Shown here: in pieces, positions 1 to 11,461 of the stretch
How the letters are laid out: every line of letters starts with the position of its first letter
How positions within the stretch are numbered: the first letter of the stretch is position 1
NCBI RefSeq assembly: GCF_006345805.1
Contig: NC_043007.1
Coordinates: forward strand, 73,098,001-73,162,000
Source: Octopus sinensis
Lineage: Eukaryota
Reading direction: 5' to 3'
Length of the DNA stretch: 64,000 nucleotides
The notes under the pieces: model-generated
Database searches by the model: none
Told to the model about the DNA's origin: nothing
What the model saw: only the letters and a program-made list of their open reading frames with translations
Program-made: the position numbers and the translations under genes

Positions 1-14
1 GTAATTTTCAAAAA
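1..14 (-). CDS. CCDC134: Probable start of the last CCDC134 coding exon (FLKIT...), truncated by the window edge
   Basis: Acceptor-like AATCATTTTCAG ends at 15 and the phase-0 frame is open. Only 14 nt are visible, so this is tentative. Confidence 0.45.
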
Positions 15-154
15 CTGAAAATGATTTAAATTAAAGTGTGAAAATTACCCATTATGCAAGCTGATAACAGCTATCAGAAGTAGGTACATAAAATCCCTTA
101 GAGATAAGCAATTGTTCAGAACTAAATACATACTTTCAAAAATATTATTATTTA

Positions 155-187
155 GATGAGTTGTAGTGCACCTGAGCACTGTACACA

Positions 188-222
<35 letters not shown>

Positions 223-230
223 CATTATTA
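155..230 (+). mobile_element. CR1-type LINE extreme 3' end with (TTA)n tail
   Basis: GTGCACCTGAGCACTGTA followed by (TTA)n, the same as the 3' end of the CR1 copy at 26.74-26.80 kb. Confidence 0.65.
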
Positions 231-239
231 CAGTGATGT

Positions 240-700
240 GATGAAATGTCATAAGACAATGACAAGTGACTGAGACCTTCGAACGTTGGGCAATATACTG
301 TGGTTGAGAAGACCTATGAAGCCAAGTGAAATTGTAGTCATGGCCAATTCCAGTGTCATGTAAATGGCACCCATGCCAGTGGCACATAAAAAGCATACTT
401 CAAACTTTGAGCCTGACAGAGGCAGTGACAAGTGACTGAGACTTCTGGCAATATACCGTACATGTCAAGCCAAGTGAGATCATAGTCATGGCTGACGCTG
501 GTGTTTCGTAACTGGCACCCATGCTGGTGGCACGTAAAAAGCACTCACTAGTCTTGGAGTGGTTGGCATCAGGAAGGGCATCCAGATGTTGAAATCATGC
601 CAAATCAGATTGAAACCTTGTGCAGCTCCCCAGCTTATCAGTTTTCAGTCAAACTGTCCGACCCATGCCAGCATGGAAAACAGATGTTAAATGATGAGGA
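240..700 (+). mobile_element. RTE LINE 3' fragment (two ORF-end remnants plus 3' UTR)
   Basis: ATGACAAGTGAC...GAGAAGAC...GCCAAGTGA matches the RTE ORF end at 55.49-55.55 kb. It is followed by GGAAGGGCATCCAG and CCCATGCCAGCATGGAAAA. Confidence 0.7.
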
Positions 701-776
701 ATGTTTTAAACTTTAAGGCACTTGACAAATTAGATAAAGTTTTAAGACAAATGGTAAAAATTAAAGAAGAATTTAC

Positions 777-845
777 CTCAACTGTTTTACGGAAAGGGTT
801 TGAATATGCTGGATCTTTGGGAACAAATTCTAATTCTTGGCTCAG
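777..845 (-). CDS. CCDC134: CCDC134 coding exon 5 (LSQELEFVPKDPAYSNPFRKTVE)
   Basis: 69 nt, TTTCAG acceptor, GAG|GTAAAT donor, phase 0 to 0. Matches MAQELGISEKDSNFQNPFK. Confidence 0.92.
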
Positions 846-1294
846 CTGAAATAAATTCATTTAGAAAAACAAACTATTTTAAACAGTAACAGAATAGTAA
901 TTTCATTACAATGAAGCGCAAATTCCAAATATTCAACCACTTAAATTAATGATTACCACCCTTCCACCATCACCACCTGCAAATTTGGACCCATGTCAAT
1001 GAAATAATTCATATTCCTGTATTATCTTTTGTTTTCTATTTTCCTTCATATTTATCATTTTTAAATATGTAGTTGTAACGTATCATCACTGCCTCAATAT
1101 ATCCAGGACCTTGAGGTAGAGATGATAGACTGAGAAGTGTGGCGGGTGGACTTTCTTGCTGTAGCTTGGGTTGGACATTGGCCTTAATAAATAATTGTAA
1201 CATATAATTAATTGTAAAAATACTTTCATTTTTGAAACCCAAATCTCAATATAATTTCAAATCACATTTCTTTTGTGAATTATTATTACTTAAT

Positions 1295-1490
1295 ATCATA
1301 ACTCAATGCTGGGTAAAATGCTTAAGTAGTATTACGTCCATCTTAATGTTCTGAGTTCAAATTCCATCAAGGTCGACTTTACTTCTCATTCTTTCAGGTT
1401 TGATAAAATAAGTACTAGTTGAGCATTGGAGTTGATGTAATTAACTTAGCCTCTTCCCTAAAACTGCTGACCATGTGCCAAAATTTGAAT
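1295..1490 (+). mobile_element. tRNA-derived SINE, family B (GAGTTCAAAT...TTTCATCCTTTCGGGGTCGAT body)
   Basis: B-box-like GAGTTCAAATTCC and the shared body motif. Further copies at about 1805-2010, 12440-12610 (-), 32900-33330, 34770-35130 and 63546-63775. Confidence 0.75.
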
Positions 1491-1501
1491 GGCCTAGTGG
1501 T

Positions 1502-1770
1502 GTGGAGGCACATGGCCTAGTGGTTAGAACAGCAGACTCGCAGTCGAGGGATCGCGGGTTCGTATCTCAGACTGGGTGATGTGTGTTTATGAGCAAAACA
1601 CCTAAGCTCCACGCCTCTCCGGAAGAAGGTAATGGCAAACTTCTGCTAACTCTTTCGCCACAACTTTCTCTCACTCTTTTCTCCTGCATCTTGCAGCTCA
1701 CCTATATGCCAAGGAAACCGGGAAACTGGCCCTTATGAGCTAGGTGTGGCTCGAGAAGGAACAAACAACT
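1502..1770 (+). mobile_element. tRNA-derived SINE, family C
   Basis: A box TGGCCTAGTGG, B-box-like GGTTCGTATCT, tail GAGAAGGAACAAACAAC. A related minus-strand copy lies at about 30625-30860. Confidence 0.7.
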
Positions 1771-2461
1771 GTTCCTTTTAAAGGATGAAAAAATTTGAAT
1801 CCAATATCATAACTCAGGTGGCAAACTGGCAGAATTGTCAATACACTCGACAAAACGCTTCGTGGCATTTCATTTGTCTTTATGTTCTGAGTTCAAACTC
1901 CGCTGAGGTCAACTTTGCCTTTCATCCTTTTGGGGTCAATAAAATAAGATGGGGTTATAATCCCCTTCCCACAAAGTTTCAGGCCTTGTACCTATGATAG
2001 AAAGGATTATTGTCAGTCAATTATTATTACTCAATATAACACCAATCAAAACCCTGAAGGATCAAAGGTCTATACCTGGTCACTGGCACAGTGCACATGA
2101 TATTTAACTGGCTCTATCTACTAAACCATAAATAGGTACCATGAAGAGGTTCAACTAATTATTTAACTAGTGCTTCTACTGTAAGTAATAGTATCACTGT
2201 ATAATTATGAAGCTGTCATGAGTTTTTAGTGTTGAAGATCAAGTCCTCCAATGGATCTATACGTTAGGAGAAGCATTTGCATTGTGGTTCTGTAGATTCA
2301 GGATGAGCAATAATCTGTGAGTGGAATTTGGGAGATGGAAACTGTGCAGATGCCCACCATAAACACACAGACACTCATATAACAGACATATACAATAAAG
2401 AAGTTACAGGAACTGAGTGGCCAATTTGAAATTAGAAGTAAACAAAGAAAGAAATACATAC

Positions 2462-2640
2462 TACTGCTAACATTTTCTGATGTACATCATCATAAATTTT
2501 ACTTTTTTGACAAAATACTATACACCAAGCTATGCATATTCTCCATGGATCATTTTTGTCAAAAAGATCATGAGCAACATCTGGTAACTTGAGCATCAAA
2601 TCACTAAATAATGCAGTTTTTTCAAGAATTTGGGAGAGAG
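2462..2640 (-). CDS. CCDC134: CCDC134 coding exon 4 ((S)LSQILEKTALFSDLMLKLPDVAHDLFDKNDPWRICIAWCIVFCQKSKIYDDVHQKMLAV)
   Basis: 179 nt, strong acceptor TTTGTTCTTTCAG, GTATGT donor, phase 1 to 0. Matches the conserved core FSHVVENTAFFGDVVLRFP...W...W...FC. Confidence 0.93.
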
Positions 2641-2782
2641 CTGAAAGAACAAAAAAAAATAAATAAAATGTAAGTCAGACAATATTTTCTTTTTTTTTTT
2701 CTGTCTGGTGTAAAAACACTTTGAAAATATTTTGAGTTATTTACAGAAAGAGACCAATGTTTTCAAAATTTTCTATATTTGG

Positions 2783-3145
2783 TACAAGCACAGTCGAGGG
2801 GGGTAAGAAGCTTGCTTTGCAAATACGAGGTTTCAGGTTCAGTCTCACTGCATGGCACCTTGAGCAAGTGTCTTCTGCAGTAGCCCTGACTGACCAATGC
2901 CTTGTGAAAGAATTTGGTAGATGGAACAGAAACTGTGAAAGCCTGTTGTGTGTGTGTGTAATAATCAGTGTTAGTTTGTTTATGCCCCCATAACTTAGCA
3001 GTTCAGCAAAAGAGACTGATCGAATAAGTACCAGACTTCAAAAAAGAAAAAAGTACTGTAGTCATGTTATTTGACTAAACACTTCAAAGTAGTGCCCCAG
3101 CATGGCCACAGTCCAATGACTAAAACAAGTAGGAGGTAAAAGATT
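2783..3145 (+). mobile_element. CORE-type tRNA SINE, family A
   Basis: tRNA-like head, CACCTTGAGCAAGTGTCTTCT CORE-like block, TG tract, and ATGACTAAAACAAGTA tail. Confidence 0.75.
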
Positions 3146-3399
3146 TCTTTCATGTTATATAAGTATTTAAAATTATATTTGGAAGAAACAGCATACTTCT
3201 CACACTAGACTAAAGCTCTTTAACAAGGAAACTATTCAAGGCCTTTGTATCTTATATATTCAACAAGCTAGCTATTGTCAGCTAAGGTGAAAAATAGGCG
3301 GGAAGGACAGTAGAGAGAGAGAAAGCTGGCTGTATGGTGGGGTGGAGAGCCAAGCATAGTGCATGATGAAAAGCAGTTTGGTTTTATATAGGGTGGGGA

Positions 3400-4290
3400 A
3401 TTAAAGCAATGTGTATGTGTGTGGAAAGCGCATAATACACAGTGCTTCCAGAACTCAGTTTCACTGAGATGGGCAGGTCTTTTAGCTAGATTCTTCTTCT
3501 GCAACTGTCTTATTAAGATGATGGCATCCACAGTACTCCTTTTTTGTACAAAACCAAACTGCATTTCATCTAGTCTAATTCTGTTCCTAATCAACTGAGC
3601 TATAACTTTCTCTCCCTCAGTAATTTTCATGATCTGGTCCAGCAGTTTGATACCTCTGTAATAGTTTCTATCTAAGGTATAGCATTTGACTAAAATACTG
3701 CTACACCAGTCATTGGGTGCATCACTTTCCTGTATCACCCGATTGACTATATTGGTGACAAGTCCATATCCTACTCCACCAGATATTTTAAGCATCTCAG
3801 TGGTGATTCCTGATGGTCCAGGGGCTTTCCTTGTCTTCATATCCTTAATTGCCTCAATTATCATACTGGTGTTAACTCTGGTGGCTAGTCCCTCAGTTGG
3901 GTCAATAGTAGGAAAATTCTCTTCCCATGCATTCTCCACATTTAGCAATCTTTCATAGCGGAACTTCCATGCATCTTTCTTCTCTGAATCACTAAGTGCA
4001 AGCATACCATTATCCAATCACATACATTCGTCACCCACAGTATTTTCTCTCTGATACACTGCAATCCAGAACACATCATACCGCTGACCCTCACACTGTA
4101 AAACATTAAAAAATCTCCTATTTTCTGCTTCACCCTTCACTATGTTAACTTGTTGCCTAGTTTCCCTTCTCAGCTGATAGATATTCTCTGCGATCACCAT
4201 TTTCCCAGTCTTTCTTGGCCTGTCTCTTTGCTTTTATAGCACTGTCTACCTCCTTGTTTTTTAGCCTGGCCAGAACTTTGCACCAGGCTT
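3400..4290 (-). pseudogene. RTE LINE ORF fragment (linker and RT N-terminal motifs)
   Basis: KAPGPSGIT.EMLK, YRGIKLL, QFGFVQKRST.DAI in ORF 3268-4017; stops and frameshifts. Confidence 0.85.
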
Positions 4291-4299
4291 CTAGTTCAG

Positions 4300-5289
4300 T
4301 TCTATATTCAAGAGATGAGAAATTATGAACATTATTTACATTTGACAGATATTTGTCCTCATCTTGTTTGTTGTTAACAGAATGTTTCGGCTGATATACC
4401 CACCAGCTTTCATCAGGTGTCTTGGGGAAATTTTGAACCTGGGTTCTCATTCCTAAGGTATTTTTCGATGTTTAATATTGGTTCCCATATGCTACCCATA
4501 TCTGCACTCAGTTTGCTTAGGAGGTTGTTGTGTCCGAGCATATGTGCTGCTTCTTTTAGTCTTTGTATTTTCCAGTGGTGTTCGCTATTATTTTAACTTC
4601 ATCCCACAGGGGGAGGTGGTCTCCATTTATCCATACATGATCAGCTATACCTGATTTATCAATATCTCCTCATGTCACAGCTTTGTGATGTTCATCCACT
4701 CTTATTTTGAGGGGGTTGCATGTTTCGCCTTTGTATAACCTACCACAGCTGCATAGGATAGAGTACATGCAGTCTTTGGTCATAGGCTCTTCTGTTGGTG
4801 GTTTTACTCAAAAGAGATATTTGTGAAGTATATTACTCTTGAATACTGTCCTGATGTCATATGGGCCGCATATCTTTTGTGTCTTTTCGGAGAGGCCTTC
4901 CACAGGGTAGACAGACTGTGAACAGTTTATTGGTTTCATCCTCTCTTTTCTTCATAATTGGAGTGGATAGTATGTTTTTGGGGTAGTTTTTGCTTAGTAG
5001 ATTGTTATTGAGCTTGATCATTTCTTTGTGGTGTGTATCATGATCCCTACTTGTACTCTTTGTTCGATGTTTTAGGCACTAAGCAATCCCTCTCTTTACA
5101 CTGTATCGATGGTGGGAATTGAAGTTGAGGTATCATCCAGTGAAGGTCGGCTTGCGATATATGGATGTCCTGAATCCATACTTGGTGCATGTTATTAATA
5201 CGTCCAGAAATGTTAGCTGATTGTCTGTTTCCTTTTTCCATTGTGAACTGTATGAATGGCTTTAATGAGTTCACATGGTCTAACAGCAC
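4300..5289 (-). mobile_element. Penelope-like element, 5'-truncated (RT C-terminus, GIY-YIG, terminal repeat)
   Basis: LNSLKPFIQFTME-type RT end; GIY-YIG region C(M/I)YSI.CSCGRLY.GET...IADHVW; terminal sequence with a CTGATGA...GAAAC core. Confidence 0.85.
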
Positions 5290-5920
5290 TTGGACAATAA
5301 ACTGTTCACAGTCTGTCTACCCTATGTGAAAAGTCTCTCTGAAAAGATACAAAAGATATGCAGCCCATATGATATCACGACAGTATTCAAGAGTAATACA
5401 ACACTTTGCAAATATCTCCTTCAAGTAAAACCACCAACAGAGGAGAATATGACCAAAGATTGCATATACTCCATCCCATGCAGCTGTGGTAGGTTATACA
5501 ATGGAGAAACATGTCACCCCAACAAAATAAGGGTAGACAAACATCACAAAGCTGTAACATGAGGAGATATTGATAAATCAGGTATAGCTGATCATGTATG
5601 GAAAAATGGAGACCACATCTCCCTGTGGGATGAAGTTAAAATAATAGCGAACACCACTGAAAAATACAAAAACTAAAAGAAGCAGCACATATGCTAGGAC
5701 ACAACAACCTCCTAAGCAGACAAAGTGCAGATATGGGAACCAGTATTAAGGAAGGGTAGGAAAATATTAGATTTATAAGTCCTAAAATTCATTCCATAAT
5801 TGCCCATGAGCATATGGCGGAGTGGTTAAGTGTACTAACCCCAAGATTCCGAGTTCAATTCCAGTCAGTGACCTGAATAAAAATAATAACCCAAGACACC
5901 TGATGAGGTAAATAATGTAA
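5290..5920 (+). mobile_element. Penelope-like GIY-YIG segment, inverted partner of 4300-5289
   Basis: ORF 5290-5562 with LPYVKSLSEKI...CIYSIPCSCGRLYNGET; roughly 90% identical by eye to the reverse complement of 4470-4930. Confidence 0.85.
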
Positions 5921-5924
5921 ATAA

Positions 5925-6340
5925 GGCTTTTAGTTGTCTATGTTTCAATTAGAATTTCTGCTGGTTTGCTAGATCTTTGAGTTCCTTCTAGCTCTAATTC
6001 TGAAGCCACTAACTGCTAAACTTTGCTGGGTTGTACATGCTTCATTTAGAAGCATCTCTCTATCTCATTATGTGCTTATGTGCCCACCAGACTGCTAGGT
6101 GATCAGGTGGTTGGCTGGTTTCCTAAGGTTAGTGTTGCAGATCATCAAATTATTTGAATCACAGAACTTCAGCAGACTTGTTGTAACCTCCATGGAATTC
6201 ATGAGGGTTCTGCCAACATGTCCATTGCAGTCACCAGCAACGATGACCAAGTCTCTGTCATTTTTTGTTGAGGTAGTCTCACTGGTCCTTCCTTTCATTG
6301 TGCTAACTATTGATTGTGGCAGGCCTGAAATTGTAGACTA
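5925..6340 (-). pseudogene. RTE LINE apurinic endonuclease fragment
   Basis: VIVAGDCNGHVG and LLKFCDSNNLMICNT..RKPANHLIT. Colinear with 3400-4290 across the Penelope insertion. Confidence 0.75.
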
Positions 6341-7383
6341 GGAACAAAGAGTGAGAAGACAGTCATGGAACTGTTGTCACCTGAAAAGAAGACTTGTGCA
6401 AGCAATTGCTAGTTGGCAGAGGGCTCTGCTACATAGTTAACATACTCAATTAATTACAATTTCCTCAATCCCACGCACCATCTAGAGTAAACACTGAAAA
6501 CGGGAAGGGGAAGGGACTAGGGCTTCAGGTTAATCAGAAGAGAGAACAGGGTGGGTGCACAGTAAGGCTTAAATATCTATATACATATCCAAACCCACGT
6601 CCATACATTCCAGAAAGGTTTAACTATCTATATACATAACCAAACTGACATATATACATCCCACATAAATAAGTATACACATGTATATGCAATAGATGTG
6701 TGCTGCTCTCATACCTACATATGCATGGAAATATATATATATCCTTGTAAAAAGCAAAGTTTGTTTGTTTGTACGTTGATTGCTGAAAACACTAAGTAAA
6801 ATTGATAATATTTCAGGTTTTTCATGTCATTTAAATTAATTTCACAATTCCGCAGATAACTGTGCACTTATTTTCTGAAATGGATTGGGTGGGGTGGAAG
6901 TGTACTGGCTCCTATTTCTAGCAGTCCACATACTGTCTACTTCACCATAATGCTTTTTACAGAGTGAAAAACTACTCCACCCATTACTCATTCCACCTCC
7001 AGCTTTCTCTAAGTTACATTTATTCCTTTGAAGTTGACACTAGACCTCTACTTTCTCTCTCTTTATATGTTCCTCTCTATGTCTCTATCTCTCTCACTAT
7101 CTCCCTCTCTCTCACTATCTCCCTCTCTCTCTCTGGTTGTATATATGTCTCTTTCTCATTACATCTACCACTACCGCTTTTTCTCTCTAGAGAAAAAACA
7201 TGAGACAAAAAGAGAAAGGGGAAAACAAGTGAAACACCAGACCTCTGATTTCTCCCTGTCTATATATCCCTCTCTATGTCTCTATCTCTTTTGCTTTCTG
7301 GTTGTAAATGTGTGTGTGTGTCTCTCTCTCTTGCTCTCTGGTTGTATATGTGTCTCTCTCTCACTACCTCTACCTCTTTTTTC

Positions 7384-7655
7384 GGATCTTTTCGGTTTGA
7401 ACGGCAGTTTTTTCTAGCGGTGTCATATGAAATTGTCACCCATAATTATGACCCTAGTATTGATCTATTGCATTTCAATCTATTTTAGGGTTAGGGTTAG
7501 GGGTGGGAGGAAGGGTATCTTTTTTTTTTCTTCACAAATGTAAATAAACCCAATCTCTTTCTTAAACGAGGGACATATTCATATGGCACAGAATGTTTTT
7601 TACCTCAATAGACGCCATTGATTGGTTGAAATTGCAGAAATTGAATACATTTCAA
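7384..7655. mobile_element. Truncated copy of the GGATC-ended MITE with (TTAGGG)n
   Basis: GGATCTTTTCGGTTTGAACGGCAG end and TTAGGGTTAGGGTTAGGGG, homologous to 35168-35567 and 45848-46267. Confidence 0.8.
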
Positions 7656-7691
7656 TACTGTACAGACTGGGCTGAAGGCCAGGAGGCCCAC

Positions 7692-7740
<49 letters not shown>

Positions 7741-7743
<3 letters not shown>

Positions 7744-8203
7744 GTCATCCCATAAATAATGTGGTTTTTTCACTTACATGAACTAAAAGTCGGAGGGGGA
7801 CAGGATAAACAACCTGCATCAACTTGCTATAAAAGCAGGTAGTAATTTTACCCTGTACTTATTCTTAGTGCAAGTTTTGAAAAGTGCAGTTTGATTTTAA
7901 GTTATTTTTTCAAAGTTATAATGGCAGTGACAAAGGAGCTTATTTGGCATATTTTGCTTTATGAGTTCAATAAAGGCAACAATGCAACGGAAAGTGCAAG
8001 GAATATTAATGCAGTATATGGGGATCGGACAATAAGTGCAAGCCAGTGTCAACGGTGGTTCCAGAAATTCCGAGCCAGAAACTACAGACTAGAAGATGGA
8101 CCTCATTCTGGAAGACCCATAAAGCTCGATGAGGACATCCTGCAAACCCTGGTGGAAAAAAATTCCATCATAACTGTTCAGGAACTAGCAGAGAAGCTCA
8201 GTG
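7741..8203 (+). mobile_element. mariner transposon 5' part (TIR and transposase HTH), inserted in (TA)n
   Basis: ATG at 7921: MAVTKELIWHILLYEFNKG.NATE.ARNI..VYG...CQRWFQKFR...LED.P.SGRP; truncated at about 8203. Confidence 0.9.
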
Positions 8204-8965
8204 TTAAGAACAATTATTATCTACACAGCTAATTTAGATCAACAAAGACAAGGGAGACAAATATGGAATGCCACGTGTTTGAGGTTTAGTAATAAAGAGA
8301 CAATTTTAGATATATTTCAGTATTCTTAGATTTCATCAGAGAAATGTAGTCTAATGCTGACTACAAGATCATAGAATGATGAGAAAGATGTTTTTGTGAA
8401 TGAACAGTGAGAGCTATAAGAACTTAAGAATGACACAAGAATGCATGTTGCATAGAAACTTAACAGTAAAATGGGTGCAAGAATACTTGATATTTTAAAT
8501 CAAGACATTTTTCCATAATTGAAATTATTCCCTGAAATTACGTCTGCTGAGAAGGTCTAATAAGCATGAAACATGTCAGGACTAATTATCATGCTAATGA
8601 AAAGACTCATAGCCTGTTGCATTCCACAATTGAAATTTGGGAGTTGTTTCTCCTATTTGCTTTTTTTTAAAAATAGAATAAGTGTAACGCTTGTTTTCAT
8701 CCACTAATGGTGTTATTTTAATTATTTAAAATTCATTAGTTTACTACAAATATGTTCGTTGACTAACTTGATCCCAGTATATAACTGATATTTCTTTTAT
8801 TGACTCAAAAAAAAAGAAGCAGAAGTAAATAGGATAAAGTACCTACTTTAACTCAATCAGCTCGAATGATGCTTTATTACAATCCTGTAACCATATATCT
8901 AGGAGACAGATGCTACTTAAAAACAGAAGTGTTTACCAAGTTTTAGAAAAATATGACACAAGTCC

Positions 8966-9000
<35 letters not shown>

Positions 9001-10793
9001 CATAATAATAATGAGGAGGACGACGACAACGATGACGACAATTGTAATAGGATCATCTGAACTATTTGTCAAAAGTTGGAATAATTTAACATTGAAATAT
9101 AGGAGAATTATGTTATAGGATTTACCTAACTAGTTCAAGTAAAGAGTACAGTTATTATAAAATATTCAGATTAAAGTGAGAGGGAAAAAAATTAGACAGA
9201 ACAAGTGTGTAACTGCTAGGTTTAACTCTGTTATACATGTTGAGGAATATTTTATGATATTTATGTGATTCTTTCATTTAATTTTAGAATAGAGAAAAAG
9301 CATATAAACACGGTTCAATTCCTCCATCAAACACCAAATGCTACATTGACACTGTTTACATCTGTTTCTTATCTGTTAATGCCACAGAAACAGGAGTTAA
9401 ACACTCCATATTCCATAAAATAAACAGGCAGATAAGGAATAAATATTTAACTCCATGGCAATAGTTTTATTAGGCAACTAGGTTGCACTTATGGTGATCA
9501 TCTTGGCCAAGATCAGCCATCAATGCATGACAACGGTTTGGCATATATTTACGTTAACTGCTTTAACGCATGCACTGTTTATTTATGTAAACTGTCACCA
9601 CTGAGCAGAATACTCCTGAGATATTACTACAGTTCACTCAACAGCGTAAAAAGAATTTGCTGCATGTTTACGAATTTGCTGAATGTGCAGTCATGGTGGA
9701 AATGGCAGTGTCACTGCCAAAACTGCTGCTTTTATACTGTTATGGTGACGAAGTCTCAAACTGAGTTGGAAATATTTACATGAAGAGTCTAACAAACCTA
9801 TCAGATTCCTTGAAATTTTGCACAGTGGCCTCTATTATCGATTCTGTGAGTGATAGCAGATATATCAACCGGTATGCAAACAGATACAAAACCGCAGCAA
9901 GTAGGGCCGCGTATATTTTCATCATCTGATTCAAAGCGAGTACACACTGCACGTAAATTTATGTCAACCAATGTTATGAGGTTAAGGAAGGTGTGCTTGT
10001 TTGAGTGACATTTTAAGGGAGCACCAACCTGCTCTGGTAGGGTCAAGGCTCATAGTGGAATTGATGTAAAATATAAATACCTCCAGGTTTAGGAGTGGTC
10101 ATTATAGCATTGTGCAGATATGGCTTAACTGTATCTTTGGATAGGATGCATTTTATAGCATTCCCATATAGAAGATCTATTTTCTGAAAAGCTAGGAATT
10201 TTGTCAAAATACACAACAAAACATCATCTGCTGGTCTAATTAGCTACTTGGTCAGTTCATTATTTCATAAAGTTGAGAGGGTTAAAACGAGTTTCAATTA
10301 GCTTTCAAACAAATTAAACAACATATAATATAAATAATAAAGATCACTACAGGTTTATAGCTTTAAGTTTATAGTAAGTATGTGCGTGCATATACACACA
10401 CATACATACACACAGGTGTATGTACGTACATACATACATGCGTGTATGCATACATGCGTGTATACATACATACACACATACATACATACATATATATGAC
10501 GAACTAACTGTTACTTTCTCAGATGCAGCACGGATTTTTGTCAGTGAACAAGTCGCGGTCTTATAGCAATGAAAATATTTTGACAAATTAAACTTAAATG
10601 TTGAAGTGAATCGAACGGCTTTTGTGTGTTTCTTAAATGGCTTACAAACACCTTCCACGCTGCAATTGTTTTCGTTCCAGCACACGATCTGAGATCAAAT
10701 CACTTGCTATGCAAGTCCATCTCCGTAAATAATAAAGAATTCTACAAATAAAGATTGGGTTAAACAGAAAAGAATGCTACAGTACATTATATA

Positions 10794-11461
10794 TGAGGGG
10801 ATGTCAAAAATTATTCGCACTTTCATCATAACATATTTTTATTATTGTCACACTGCTTTCTGCGCATGCATGCTTATAGTTGGTACTATTGTGGTTATGT
10901 GATTAAGGTGTGAACCTGATCATGCCATTTCTCTTTCTGGTTTTACAACGTAAGCATGGCCACTCCACAAGCAATATACACCAGAGAAGAACAAAGAGCA
11001 GTGATCCGAAAGATGGTAATGGTCAACTGATTCACCACTACCATCTCTCAAGCTTGCTGAATCTTTTCATCAGTGGTGGAGATTGACAGGCATCCTGCTC
11101 CCTCTTCGTGTGTGATGCTAGACCAGCCACTTTTAAACTTCTCGATCCACTCATAAACACTTCTACACAGTAATGCACAGTCCCAGTATTGTACTAAAAG
11201 CCTCCAATGAATTTCAGCACCTGACATACCTTCTGACCAAAGAAATCAAATCTCTGATCTTTGTTCTTCTTTGTTGGACATTGCTAGAGGAACAGCCATG
11301 CTTACACTGTAAAGCCAGAAAGAAAAATGGCAGAATCAGGCTCAAACTTTGATCATGTAACCACAATAGTACCAACTATAAGCACACATGCGCAGAAGGC
11401 AATGTGACAAAAATAAAGATATGTTATGGCGAAAGTGTGGATAATTTTTAACTTCCCCTTG
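10794..11461. mobile_element. mariner-derived foldback element flanked by TA
   Basis: TA|TGAGGGG...CCCCTTG|TA with long inverted arms. The minus strand reads EEQRSEI*FLWSEGMSGAEIH...SVYEWIEKFKSG. Confidence 0.85.

Noticed and set aside
1093-1182. Extra 90-nt in-frame CCDC134 exon (ANVQPKLQQESPPATLLSLSSLPQGPGYIE)
   Set aside because: It needs a weak GC donor and would interrupt the conserved MLAV-LSQEL helix between exons 4 and 5. No homology recognised.
1502-1575. tRNA gene
   Set aside because: A and B boxes are present, but the acceptor stem is poor and the sequence continues into a SINE body and tail with a homologue at about 30.6-30.9 kb.
9480-10050. Possible Helitron/PIF1 helicase remnant (QVGAP..., NAC... 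fragments)
   Set aside because: Only scattered short resemblances on opposite strands; cannot be supported without a profile search.
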